64,000 nucleotides of DNA. It comes from Lama guanicoe (taxonomy: Eukaryota). The notes below the pieces were generated by a model. The model did no database searches, was not told the DNA's origin, and saw nothing but the letters and a program-made list of their open reading frames with translations. Of this stretch, positions 26,442 to 39,149 are shown piece after piece. The stretch spans positions 7,367,220 to 7,431,219 of the forward strand of contig MU054323.1 in the NCBI GenBank assembly GCA_013239625.1, in the 5' to 3' direction. The translations under genes were made by a program, and so were the position numbers. Position 1 is the first letter of the stretch. Each line of letters begins with the position of its first letter.

Positions 26442-27311
26442 AAAGGACATTCAGCTGTGCAGAATCCCAGATGACAGCATATTTAAAATCAACTGTGGAC
26501 TGTCAAATGTTCCAACCTAATCAGAAAGAACCCACTGTTTGGAAATCTCAAGGTCTGGTGAAAATCAAATCATTCACTTAGTTTCCATAATGTCTTCACT
26601 TATGGAAGAGGATACACACGTCTTTCTAAGATTGATAGGTAATAAGATCCTGACAACTCTGCTCGGGTCATGTGCATGTTATAGTCTTCCTGAAGATTCC
26701 TCACTTCCTCCCAGACAACATCAGGCAGGAGCTGAAGTTGCTTTCTACCCCAATCCAGATCCTTTGTTCTTAGTCTCTCGAGCCTTGAGACACTTTACAT
26801 TTATGTTGAAGGGGGAAGGTACCACAGCCCTAGTGCAAGGGATTCCCACTTGGTTTCACATCTCAGAGGACATGTGTAGAAACGCATGCTTTTCCTGCAA
26901 CGGACTCCTACTCTGACTGTGCCGTGCCAAGAGACTGTACTCATAGCACAGGCAGAGCAGAATTCCTGCCAAGAGTCTCTACAGTTAGACTCATTTGCAA
27001 GATAAGATTAAGTGCAACGCACCGTCTTCTTAAAGCAATCACAACAGCCTAACCACTGCTCCGCTCGTCCATGGGGCTGCAGACAGTGTTTGCCTAGTTC
27101 TGGAACAAAGGCAGGAGACCTCAAAGTGATTAATAAAGGAACCCAAACATCCGACGCAGTAACAGAATGAGTGGAATGCTTTAGCTGTTTGTTCTAACAT
27201 GACTAGTTACACTGCTAAACAGATCCTAGCCCACTAGTTTGGTTTCCTGAGCTGTAAGTTCCTCCCGTAGCAGATGAGAACTGAGGGACAGGTGCAGGAG
27301 CCCCCACATAC

Positions 27312-27425
27312 CTCAGCAGCCGCAGCTCTGCCAGCAACGTGGGGTTCTGCTGGGCCTTCTCCGGGGTGGGCTGGGACGCCTGCTCGTGCTCCAGACGGAG
27401 ACGCTGAATCTCCTGCAGGATCTCT
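27312..27425 (-). CDS. DTNB: DTNB coding exon, 114 nt, phase 2-2: [37 protein letters not shown](R)
   Basis: Acceptor cctctctag|AGAGATC, donor CTGAG|gtatgt; contained in ORF-track entry 27215..27469(-). Confidence 0.96.
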
Positions 27426-28226
27426 CTAGAGAGGACGGGTGAAAAGGAGATGGCTACGTGGTGCCTCACAGCTCCCTCCCTCTCTTCTTTTTCCTGTTAG
27501 AAGTCTTTATTCCAGTAGTGCTGCCTCTGCCAATCTTGTTCTGATTGCTTCTGAATGACCAAGATGTGAAACGGACACCTTCTCGAAACTACTTCACTTG
27601 GGATTTCCTCAATAAACAATCCTTTGTGGTAGAAAGTCATACAATTCCTCTTCTCGAGAACTTGAAAATCTTCACAGAAGAAAAATGACATCTAGAATAC
27701 TCCATTCCTCCTGGGGGTTAGGAAAAAACTCCCTGCAACCCCCTAATGCAGGTCCTGTGCTGACATTCCTCAAGTCCTCCTCTGTCTCCTTTCGTCTCCT
27801 GACCCCACCCCGCCCATCCCCACCAAGTGCTGATGGCTGCCACCTGTAAATGGCTTTTCAGTGGGAGAACAGACAGCTGCATGCAGCATCATGGGCCGGG
27901 ACAGGATGACAAGATAGAGCAGAGGCTCCTGAGAGTAGAGTAGGGAAAGGAATCCTGAGAGGGGAACACACTAGGGGAGGGAAAAAGAGTCTATGGGAGG
28001 GCACGTGAGCAGGGTTTTGCACTCCCAGAGTGGACTGCATGCAGAGGTATACAAATTAGTGTCCAGGGCATGCACTGGACTTGGGCTGGCCTATCATCAT
28101 TGAAGTGGGATCTCCCTTTCTGGTCAAAACCAAGTGTTAAAAAAAAAAAAAAAAAAGAGAGAGAGAATCAGATACTCACGTGATAGTCTCAAGCTTCAGA
28201 AACTGGCTTGACCTCTGCATTCTTAC

Positions 28227-28312
28227 CTGTTTTTGTTTTCCAGTTCTGCAATAAGTTGTCTTTGTTGTTTGTTGGCATCAAAGTTAAAGCTCAAGTCAGT
28301 GGGAGGATGAGT
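28227..28312 (-). CDS. DTNB: DTNB coding exon, 86 nt, phase 0-2: THPPTDLSFNFDANKQQRQLIAELENKN(R); start of coiled coil H1
   Basis: Acceptor cctcactctag|ACTCAT, donor AACAG|gtaaga; in frame with both neighbours. Confidence 0.96.
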
Positions 28313-28337
28313 CTAGAGTGAGGAAGAAGAAAGGTTT

Positions 28338-28400
28338 TACACCAGAAATTGACACAACATTGTAAACTGACTGTACTTCAATAAAAGCATTTTTTAAAAA
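28338..28400 (+). mobile_element. ~50-bp young L1 3' terminus next to a DTNB splice acceptor
   Basis: tacaccagaaattgacacaacattgtaaactgactgtacttcaataaaa, near-identical to 13566-13610. Confidence 0.8.
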
Positions 28401-28449
28401 AGTTTTTTTTTTCTGATTTAAATATATCGAGTCCTAAAGGGACTGTTGA

Positions 28450-29965
28450 TTTTTTAAAAACAGATTTCTGAGGTATAATTTACATACCATAAAATCTACC
28501 CATTTTAAGTGCACAATTCAACAAGTCTTAGTAAATTTAAGCAGTTGAGCAAACCAACCACCACAGTCCAGTTTTAGAACATTTTTCATCACCACAGAAA
28601 GCTCCCTCATGCCAGTCTGCAGTCAACTACTGCTTCCACTGCCAACCACAGGCAACCACTCATCTGCTTTCTGTCCATAGTTTTGCCTTTTCTAGAAACT
28701 TCATATAAAGGGAATCATGCAACATGCAGTCTTGGTTTCTGGCTTCCACTTAGCATGACGTTTCTGAGGTTCATTCATGTTGCTCCATGAAACAGGAGTT
28801 CCTTTCTTTTTACTGCTGAATAGTACTCCATTGTTTCCAGCTTTTGGCTATTACAAGCGAAGCTGCTCTGAACCCTCATTTACAGATCTCTGTGTTGATA
28901 TGTGTTTTCGTCTCTTGGATAAATACCTGAGAGGAAATCTTGAGTTATATGATAATTCTGTATTTAGCATTTTGAGAGTGTCAAACTGTTTTCCAGAGTG
29001 GCTGAACCATTTTACGATCTGACCAACAAAGAATGAGTGTTCCAATTTCTCCATATCTTTGCCAATATTTGTCATCGTCTTTTTGATTTTAACCATTCCA
29101 GCGGGTGTGAAGTACCTACCTGTGGTTTTTTTGTTTGTTTTAAAATTGAGATATAATTTACATGTCATAAAATCTACCCTTTTAAAGTATACAATTCAGT
29201 GGTTTAAACTTATATTTATGAGGTTGTGAGCCCATCATCAGTATCTAATTCCAGGGCACTTTCATCATCCCAAAAAGAAACCCACAGTCACTCTCCATTC
29301 CCCTACCCCACCCCCTGACAACTGCTAATCTACTTTCCGCATCTATGGATTTGCCTATTCTGGACAGTTCATATAAACGGAATCATGCAATATGTGATCT
29401 TTTATGCATGATTTCTTTCCCTTAGCAAACATTTTCAAGGTTTATCCATGCTGTAGTGTCGGTACTTCATTTCTCCTTATGGATGAATAATACTCCATCA
29501 TACAATATATCATACCTTGTTTATCCATTCAATAACTGACGGACATCTGGGTTGTTCCCATTTTGGGGGGCTATTTTGAATAATGCGTTTGTGAACAAGT
29601 TTCTGCATGGAGACGTGATTTCATTTTTCTTGGGTATACATCTAACAGTGGAATTGCTAGGTCATATACAGTAACTGTCTTTTGAGGAACTGCCAAACTG
29701 TTTCTCTATGTAGCTGTACCATTTTACATTCACACCAGCAAGATATGAGGGGTCCATTTTTCCCACATGCTTGCCACATTGCTTGTTATTGTCCATGTTT
29801 CTGATCAGTCATCCTAGTCAGTATGAAATGGTACCCTTTGTAAATTCAGTTTGCATTTCCCCAGTGATTAATATATTGCTCATACTTTCATGTGCTTGTT
29901 GGCCATCTGTACATCTTCTTTGGAGAAATCATGATGGTTTTGATTTGCATATCCACCGATGTTTC
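28450..29965 (-). mobile_element. Two old L1 3' ends, the second (~29125-29928) nested in the first
   Basis: Two copies of the gagrtataatttaca..cataaaatctaccc.tttaa terminus; the outer element breaks at tgtggtttt (~29121) and resumes at tgatggttttgatttgcat (~29932). Confidence 0.8.
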
Positions 29966-30629
29966 TGACCCTTGTTACCTCTTTTAAGAATATGGAAGCC
30001 ACTCAACACAAAATAGAAAATGGATGACTAGGTGACATTTCCCTTTTACTGATTAACCAGAATGGAAGCTCTCAGTGAAGGCTCTGGGATGGCTATGCTT
30101 CACTCTGTATTCTCAGTTCTGCCCCAAATATGATCTACGATGAAGCAGAAACCTTGTTTCCTGTCCAGAGCTTAAAGATGCAATAAGTAATTCTTTTCAT
30201 GTGGAATTTCCTAAATAAACAGGAGTAAAAGAGCATAGCAAATCTCAGTGACAGGGTTTGTTTTTTTTTAATCAAATTACCAAATATTTTTCTTATTTCA
30301 AAGAAAAAAAAAAAAGGTGATCTTTCTTCCTCCAGAGAAGAGTGGACCAGCAGCCAATTGAGCAAATTCTCTATATTCCATTTAGAGTCTTGTGAGGGTC
30401 TGAGTTAAATCTCAGAAAAACGGCTTATCTGAGACTGAACCTGCTACAGATAACAGATTTACTATTCCTGAAAACTGGAGTTAAAACTAATAGCTCCTTA
30501 TAAGAGTGGGACCAGGGGAAATTATGGGTGAGGAAGTGAGCTCTGAAACGATTTTGCTTCATATGATGACAAGCAAACAGAAACCCTGTAGCACTTCACT
30601 GGAAATTTCTAAAGAATCTCTTTAGTTTT

Positions 30630-31012
30630 AAATGTCTGTACACTTGAAACTAACACAGTATTGAAAATCAACTGTATTTCAATAAATTAAAACAAACAAG
30701 GAAAGTCAGAGAAGCTGTCACAGCCCTGAGGAGCCTATGGAATCATGACAACTAAATGTAATGTGGTTTCTTGGCTGGAACCCCAGAACAGAAAAAAGAT
30801 AGAAAAATATTAGGTAAACACTGACAAAATCTGAATAAAGCACAGACTTTAGTTACTAATAATGTATTGGTTTTGGCTTATTAACTGCATAAACATGCTA
30901 AGGTAGGATGTTAATAATAGGGGAAACTGAACATGGTTATATGGAAACTGCTCTAGCTTCATAATTTTTCTATAAATCTAAAACTGTTCTATAATTTAAA
31001 AGTTTATTAAAA
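30630..31012 (+). mobile_element. L1 3'UTR fragments (short L1 terminus plus older L1M 3' end)
   Basis: tgtacacttgaaactaacacagtattgaaaatcaactgtatttcaataaa; atgacaactaaatgtaatgtgg ... taaatctaaaactgttcta. Confidence 0.7.
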
Positions 31013-31597
31013 ACAATCGCTGCTTCTGCTACTAAGTAGAGGATTTACTGTAGTGGGATAAGGATGGAAGCAGGTAGACCAGTTAGGAATCCTAAGTTTT
31101 GCTTACTTGCCATGTAAACCTTGAGTTATTTTATTTTACCATACACCTTTATTTTTTGGTCTGTAAAACAGGAATATTTTTGGAAAGAAATGTGAAGAGG
31201 ATCCCTTCCTCTGGTACATGAGTATTCCCTTAAGTTTAGGTAATCTCACAGAGCTCCATCATCTTTAATGAGATGGAGACACATCTGAAAAATACAAGGT
31301 AAGAAACAAGACCCCACTGAGTAAAGCTGGGCACATGTTATGAAACCAAGGAAAGCTGACAAGGTCAGCAAACTATAATCTGATAGTATGCATCTGTGGA
31401 GCCTCCTAAAAAGAGATTGGAAGCTTCCCATCTGTATGAACTTGGCAGGATGAGTTCTAAAGAGATGTGCCCAATATCAACTAGACTTTTGTTGTGTCCC
31501 AGGGGCAGCTGTCCCATCATCCCAACCCCACTTAGACTAACTGAAGGGCTATGGGTTATTAATTTCTCTCTCAAAAATCCAATAGTGTTATTTAGAA

Positions 31598-31790
31598 TGG
31601 TGGTTCCCAAGCTAGCTGTAAGTCAAAAGCCTGGAAATTTTCTTTTTCTTTTTTAAATTAAAATCAATGGACCCTGCTAAAGCCAGAGATTCTGATTCAG
31701 GAGGTCTGAGGCAAAGCCAAGAATCTATATATTTTAAAAATGCTGCATACATGATTATAATATGTAGCCAGGTTTGACAATGACTACTTT
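31598..31790. mobile_element. MER5-like hAT element
   Basis: gtggttcccaagct ... cagagattctgattcaggaggtctg ... gtagccaggtttgacaatgact. Confidence 0.6.
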
Positions 31791-34080
31791 AGAGGGGTTT
31801 TAAGTCATTAAATGTGTGCAAAACGTCACATGAAAATACTGCTGATCTTCAATTCTAAGAAGCCATAAGGCTATTTCTGGCTTGGTGCAGGGGTGGAGCA
31901 GCTGACTCGACAATGAGGCTGAAGTCTGGGACAGGGCTATGTGAAAAACAATCTCTTTTCAAAAATGTGTAAATGTTAGGTAGTATGACAATGGACAGCA
32001 GTTTCCCTTTCCTTTCACCTTCCTTTCAAGTTGTCCATAATGAGTTTTCAATTTTTTCATAGAGGAAAAAACAAACAAACAAAAAAACCCAAAAAACCAC
32101 TTGATCACATCAAATGCTAGTGATGCTTGTGGCAAAATTTTAAGATCTGCTGTTATTACTATGATTTGTCACACACTGTAGTTTTCTAAAAAGTAATTTA
32201 GGCACTTCAGGGAAACAAATTAGCACTCCTGGCTTATCTAAACAACCTACAATTTCTTGATTTGAAGGTCAGCTTGAAGAGGTTTCAGTGGCCATGTCTA
32301 CTACCTGGGGAGACATGAGGGTCTGATGCTGGACCACGCTATAGGGTGTAATGCCAGCTGCTAAAATGATTTAATGATCTTTCTCTGTGGAAGGTTTTTG
32401 AAAAAAAAATCAATACAAAGCCTATCTGACAGGCTATAAATAAATTCTTTTGAGCACTACACCCACTTTATGCAAAGCACTTATATCAGTTGGAGATTAG
32501 CAGATTAGAAATTCTCTGTTTAACAGAAATCTAGTTAAGAAGAAATCTTCCTGAGAGACCCAATATTTATAAGATAATGACACTTAAGAAAATAGACTGA
32601 AGATGAAAGACACCATATCAGTATTTAGTCTCAAGACCATTCTAACAATTATCATTTTCACATGAATTAGAGAATTGGCATCAGAAACTATCAGGTGTAA
32701 ACAGACTTATCTTGTTTGCAGTAAAGCAGTACTAGGATCTCCTTTTCAGGGTAAAATGGCTTTGGAGCTTTTATTTACAAAATTTTGAAAGTACTATGTA
32801 AAATCAACAAGACTATATAATGGCATTAAGTACACTTAATTTTAAAAATCCAACCACAATGCTGTCCCATTTCAACAAATTTAATTAATTTTATTTATAA
32901 ATTTTAATTTCTAGAATAACTTGAACATTTGTGACTGATTGAGGGCATGTATAAGGTTTAACTAATTAAATAGAACTTGTCTTTTTCCCAGATTTTTTTC
33001 TCTATTCTGTTCCATATCACTAATCTTTAGCATTGATAGAGTCAGACATATGACAATATTAGATTCTCAAGGAAAAGATTTTGAAGTCTAGACAAACCCA
33101 AAGGAATAAATTATTCTTGGAGGGCAAAACAAAGCAAGACTCTACAGGCAGCTTTTATAACTCTACTTCCCTATGAAAAAGTAAATTTAAATTGGCACAT
33201 ATTTCTAAAATTAATATGTTGTGTTTGTAGAATATGGTCCTTCAAGACCTGGTCTGTATGTCCAGTCTAATTTCACTCTAGTATTGTTCTCTGGAGCACA
33301 GAGAACAATACTGGACCTAACAGTTTGTGATTCCTGTAATTTCTCTAAGAAATCTTTGCCAGCCCCATGGTCATCAAGATATTTTTCTATTTTCATTTAG
33401 TAGCTTTATGGTTTTAGCTTTTATGTTTAAGTTTATGATATACTTCAAATTGATTTTTATACATGGTGTGAGGTAGGGGTAGAGGTTCTTTCTTTTCATA
33501 CAAATGAACAGTTGCTCCAACAACAGTTGTTAAAAAAATTTTTCCTTTCCCAATTAATTACTTTTGTGCCTTGTCAAAAGTCATTTGAACTTATGACTCT
33601 GTTTTGTGGATGATTTGCATACTTTTGCCAACACCACTCTTTCCTGATTACTGTGACTTTAGAGTAGGTCTTGATATCAAGTAGGGTCGAATTCTCCAAA
33701 TAAGCTCTTTTCCAAGACTGTTTTGTTTATTCTAAGTTTTTTGGTTTTTTTAAGATATATTTGAAAATCAGCTGGCTCATTTCTGCAAATAAAGTAGAGA
33801 TTTTGATTGATATTGAATCTATAGATCAATTTGGGGAAATCTGCCATCTTAATATTACTGAATCTTTCAATCCATGAATATGGCACACCTCTCCATTTAT
33901 TAGGTTTTCTTTCATTTCTCTTAGCAATACTTTATAGTTCTCAGTTTTGAACACCTTTCATTAAATTTATCCATAAGTATTTGATAGTTTTTAATGTTAT
34001 AGTAAATAGTATTTTTCCTAAATTTAATTTTCTAATTGTTCACTGCTTGTAGATAGAAACACAATCAAATTTTACACATT

Positions 34081-36972
34081 GGGAGAGAAGCAAGACGGCG
34101 GAATAGAAGGACGCTTGTAGCTCACCCTCTCCCACAAATACACCAAAACTCACATCTATGGACCTACTTAGCCAACCAGAGCACCTGCCAAACTCCAACA
34201 GAACATTGCCCTCTTTGAAAGACAAAGATGCCAAAAATCTGGTAGGAGAAAAGGAAAACAGAAAGAAGAAAAAGCAAAACAGTGCGGGACCGATCCTGAG
34301 GGGAGGGAGTGGCAAAGGAGGACTGATGTTCATTCGCTAGGTCTCCCTTCTCCAACAGAGAGGCCAGCGGGACAGAGGGGGAGCCTCCGAGGCTCAGATC
34401 TGCCCCAAGCACCCCTTAACTGACAGAACTGAGTTAAATGGGCACAAAGGGTCCCCGCAACACCCAGCCCGAGACGCGAGCCGGCAGCTGGGGCTGGGCC
34501 AGGCTGCCCAAGCCAGGTGGAGGACTGGGGTGGCTGCACTGAGGCAGCCCCGGGGAACTGCAGGGTGCTGTGCACCATGGTTGGAAAGGGATACAGAGCA
34601 GAACAACCTCGGTCCCCTATAAATTGCAAAAAAAATAAAGCAACACGGCTGGTGTGCCCTGGGGGGAGGGGCGCCGTAGCCTTTGTCTCCTCAGACCTGT
34701 GCTGCCATTACTGGTGCTTCTCGCAAGAAGACAGGTGGGCACAGCCACAGCCGCCATCTCCTCATGTGCGCAACACCCAGGCGGGGCCGGGGCCGAGACC
34801 TGAATCTGCACCCAGGGGCTCCGCAACTTCCTAGGCAGGACTGAGACTTGTTTACAGCCCGAGGCAGATAGGATCTTTCTGCCCTGGCACCGCAGAGAAC
34901 TTGCGCTGTCAAAACAAATAAGGAGCTGAGATTTGGCATGGAGCAGGGGCGGAGCCATTCCGTGGTCTTCCCTGAGCCTGCTAGGGGTGCTGACCCGAGG
35001 TGGAGCGGGCAGCTGCACAGAGCAGCAGAGCAACCGGCACCCAGAGAGGGCAGGCGGCCACCCACCTTCCTGGCAGGAATGCAGCACCTGAGGGGGGTGC
35101 TGGGAGGGGGCACGATCCGTCCACCTGCCTCACCAAGCGCAGCATCTGACTGCAGCATCAGGATGGGGAGTGACCTGCCTGCCCACCAGGTAAGAGCTCA
35201 GCATCTGACCCAGTGTTGGGAGGGGGCGCGATCTGCTAGCTGACAGCCAATGGGAGCAGCACAGATGAGGGCGCCAACAGAGGGCCCCTGGAAACAGCAA
35301 GCTGAGTTTGCAAAACAGGGTGAAGACACAAAGACCTCTCGATAAAATCATTAAGAGCACACCGTCTCCGGAGAACTAGATAATTGATACGCCTGAAGAC
35401 ACAGTGCCAGAGAGATATGAGCAACATGAAGTAGAGGAACCACTCCCAATTAAATCAAGAGAAATCCCCTGAAAGCACGATCAAGGAAATAGACATTGAT
35501 GGCCTACTAGATCAAGATTTCAATAAAGGACTGATCAAAGTACTGAAGGAACTAAAAGACATAGTGTTTAGAGATATAAAATATGTCAAAAATGAAATAG
35601 AAGCTATAAAGAAGAACCAAGTAGAATTAGTAAACTCACTTGCTGAGATGAGACCTGACCTAAGGGCTGTACAAAGCAGGCTAGATAATGCAGAGGAACA
35701 AATAAGTGACCTAGAAGACAGGACAACAGAAAGCACCCAATCAGAACAGCTGAGAAAAACAAATAAAAAACAATGAAAACAATATAAGGGACCTATGGGA
35801 TAATACAAAGCATGCCAATCTACGTATAATAGGGGTTCCAGAAGGGGAAGAAAGAACAAAGGGGATTGAAAAGGTATTTGAAGAAATCATGACTGAAAAC
35901 TTCCCGAACCTAAAGGAATCAGATATCCAAGTACAGGAGGCTCAGAGGGTCCCAAACAGGAAGAACCCAAACAGACCCACAACAAGACATATCATAATCA
36001 AGATGACCAGAGTCAAGGATAAAACCCAGTATTACACCTCAAAATATGAAACAAAAATGGACAGATCTCTTGGGGTAAATTGATTCCCAGTTGTAGTAGA
36101 AGGTTTAAAACAGTTTAGCAACACTAAACCCATGCTAAAAGAAATATTAACAGGTCTACTCTAAATAGAAAAGAAGCAGGATGCTACAAAAATGAGAAAC
36201 TCATAACTGGAAAGGAGATAACTGCCATGAATTACAAAAAGAATAAACACAAAATTATAAAAGAAGACATCTAAATCATTAAGAGTGGGAGAGGGAAGCA
36301 AGGAAAGCCTCTATGCAAAACAGTATGGAGATTAGTCAAAAGACTAGGAATAGACTTACCATAGGACCCAGGAATCCCGCTCCTGGGCATCTATCCAGAA
36401 GGAACCCTACTTCAAAATGACACCTGCACCCCAATGTTCATAGCAGAACTATTTACAATAGCCAAGACATGGAAACAGCCTAAATGTCCATCAACAGATG
36501 ACTGAATAAAGAAGATGTGGTATATTTATATGATGGATTACTATTCAGCCACAAAAACCAATAACATAACGCCATTTGCAGCAACATGGATGTTCCTGGA
36601 GAATGTCATTCTGAGTGAAGTGAGCCAGAGAGAGAGAGAAAAATACCATGTGAGATCACTCATATGAGGAATCTAAAAAAAACACAAAACATAAATACAA
36701 AACAGAAACAGACTCATAGACACAGAGTACAAGCTTGGGGTTGCCGAGGGGGAAGGGGTGGGAAGGGATAGACTGGGATTTTAAAATGCAGAGTAGATAA
36801 ACAAGATTATACTGTATAGCACAGGGAAATATATGCAGGATCTTGTGGTATCTCACAGCAAAAGAAAAATGTGACAATATATGTATGTTCAAGTATAGCT
36901 GAAAAATTGTGCTCTACACTGGAATTTGACACAACATTGTAAAATGACTATAACTCAATAAAAAATGTTAAA
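34081..36972 (+). mobile_element. Young L1 with complete GC-rich 5'UTR (34081-35416), disabled ORF1 (35417-36164), deleted ORF2 except C-terminus (~36307-36660) and 3'UTR
   Basis: 5' start gggagagaagcaagacggcgg; ORF1 peptides 35564..35776 and 35889..36023 (ENFPNLKESDIQVQEAQRVPN); TSD-like aaattttacacatt / aaattttttttacatatt. Confidence 0.92.
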
Positions 36973-38002
36973 AATTTTTTTTACATATTGATTTTGTATG
37001 CTGCCACACTGTTATGAAGTCATATAACTTCTAGTAGTATTCTTACAGGACTTTCCTTAGGACTTCCTATATACAATCATGTCATCTGCAAATAATGAGT
37101 TTTACGTCTTCCTTTCCAATATTTAAGCCATTTTTTTCTTGTCACATTGCACTGCCTGGGACCTTGTGTACAATTTTGAATAGAGGTGGTGGAACTAAAC
37201 ATCTCTGACCTGTTCTCAATATTACAGGGAAATATTCCAAAATTTAGTCTTTAAGTGTCTTTATTAGCTGTAGGTCTTTTGCAGGTGTTCTTTATCAAGC
37301 TAAGGAAGTTTCTTCTATAGTATTGAGAAGTTTTATCAAAAATGGGTATTATATTTTGTCAAATGCCTTTTCTGCATCTACTGCAATACTACAATTTTCT
37401 TAATTAAATTGCTAACGTGGTGAATTACGCTGACTGATTTTCCTGTGTTAAATAAATTTGCATTCCTAGGATAAATCTCACTTGGTCATGGAGTATTATC
37501 CTTTTTACATATTGCTGGATTCAATTTGCTGATACTTTGGTAAGATTTTTACAACTATGTTCATGGTAGAACTTGGTCATCAACTTTCTCTTCTTGCAGT
37601 GTCCTTGTATTGTTTTGGTATTGGGTTTTAGTGGCTTGATGATTTGGAAAGTGTTCCTTCTCTCACTATTTTCTAGAAGTTTGTGCCAGACTGTTATTTC
37701 CTCTTTAAGTATATGATAGTATTCAATAGTTAAGCCATCTGAGCCTGGAGTTTTTGAAGTTAATTATGAATTCAACTTATTTAAAGGATTTTAAAACTAT
37801 TGAGATTTTCTATTTATTCTGATGTCAGTTTTCGTTAATTTGTGTCTTTCATATTGTCTATTTCATCTAGGTTGTCAAATTTATTGGCAAAAAGCTGTTC
37901 ATAGTATTTCATCATCCTTATAAGGTCTACAGGATCTGTAGCAATGTCCCTTCTTTCATTCTTGATGCTGGTAATTTGTGTTTTCTTTCTTTCCTTTCTT
38001 TC

Positions 38003-38772
38003 TTTTTTTAATTGAAGTATACTTGATTTACAATACTGTGTTAGTTTCAGGTATATAATATAGTGGTTCAGAGTTTTTGCAGATTATATTCCATTATATG
38101 TTATTACAAGATAATGAGTATAATGTTCTGTGCTATACAGTAAACTCTTACTGCTTATCTACTTTATTATGTATAGTAGTTTCTATCCGTTAATCCCATA
38201 TCTCTAATTTGTCCCTCCCCACTTCCCTCTCTCCTTTGATAACCACAAGTTTGTTTTCTATGTCTGGGAGTTTATTTCTGTTTTGTTTATACACTTATTT
38301 GTATTGCTTTTTAAGATTCCACATATAAGTGATACCATATAGTATTTGTCTTTCTGACTTATTTCACTAAGTGTAATAGCTTCTAGGTCCATCCATGTTT
38401 CTGCAAGTGGCAATATTTCATTCTTTTTTTAATATCTTAATAATATTCCATTGTGTATGTATGTGTATGTGTGTGTGTGTATATATATATGTATATGCCA
38501 CATCTTAATCCAATCGTCTGCTGATGGGCACTTGGGTTGCTTTCATGTCTTGGCTATTGTAAACAGTGCTAACATGAACACTGAGGTGCATGCATCTTTT
38601 CAAATTAGTGTTTTCGTTTTTTCCAGATACATACCCAGGAGTGGAATTACTGGATCATACAGTAGTTCTATTTTTAGTTTTTTAAAGGAAGCTTCATTCT
38701 GTTTTCCATACTGGCTGTATTAATTTAGATTCCCACCAACAGTGTATGCAGGTTCCCTTTTCTCCACATCTT
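38003..38772 (-). mobile_element. L1 3' end (intermediate age) nested in the old L1
   Basis: ttttttaattgaagtatacttgatttacaat terminus; antisense ORF2 C-terminus to ~38770. Confidence 0.85.
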
Positions 38773-39061
38773 CTCTCCTTTTTTCTTGATCAGGATTTCT
38801 AGGGGCTTATTAATTTTATTGACCTTTTTCAAAGAACCAAATTCTGGTTATTTGATTTTCTTTTATTGATTCATTTTTTAAAGAAAGGCAATATTGAAGA
38901 TAGAATTAAAGGCGACTACAGTCCTTTCCCTAAACCCATTCTCTTCCTCCTGTCTCTGAGGTATCTACTCTTCTGAGTTTCATGTTTACCATTCCCTTAC
39001 CAATTGTATATTAAAGTAATGCAAATTTCTGCTAGTCCACTGGAGTCCTCTATTTACTCAC

Positions 39062-39149
39062 CATGTTTCCTGCCTCTGCAGCTAGCCGGGCAGCATAGCG
39101 AGCTATAAGCCGATGTTCCTCGTCCAGTCGGCTCGGACTGTCCAGGACA
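39062..39149 (-). CDS. DTNB: DTNB coding exon, 88 nt, phase 2-0: [29 protein letters not shown]; second syntrophin-binding helix
   Basis: Acceptor ctccttggcag|TGTCCTG, donor AACATG|gtgagt; [14 protein letters not shown] is the dystrobrevin/dystrophin-family syntrophin-binding motif. Confidence 0.96.

Larger units (their letters stand above)
33310..38880 (-). mobile_element. Old L1 ORF2 segment hosting two younger L1 insertions
   Basis: ORFs 33677..33886(-) MPYSWIERFSNIKMADFPKLIYRFN and 33211..33396(-) are degenerate ORF2; sequence continues across 34080/36980 and 38000/38775. Confidence 0.88.

Noticed and set aside
34040..35427. Cluster of long overlapping ORFs (up to 156 aa) on both strands
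   Set aside because: GC-rich L1 5'UTR with few stop codons; no recognisable protein (a short ORF0-like product cannot be excluded)
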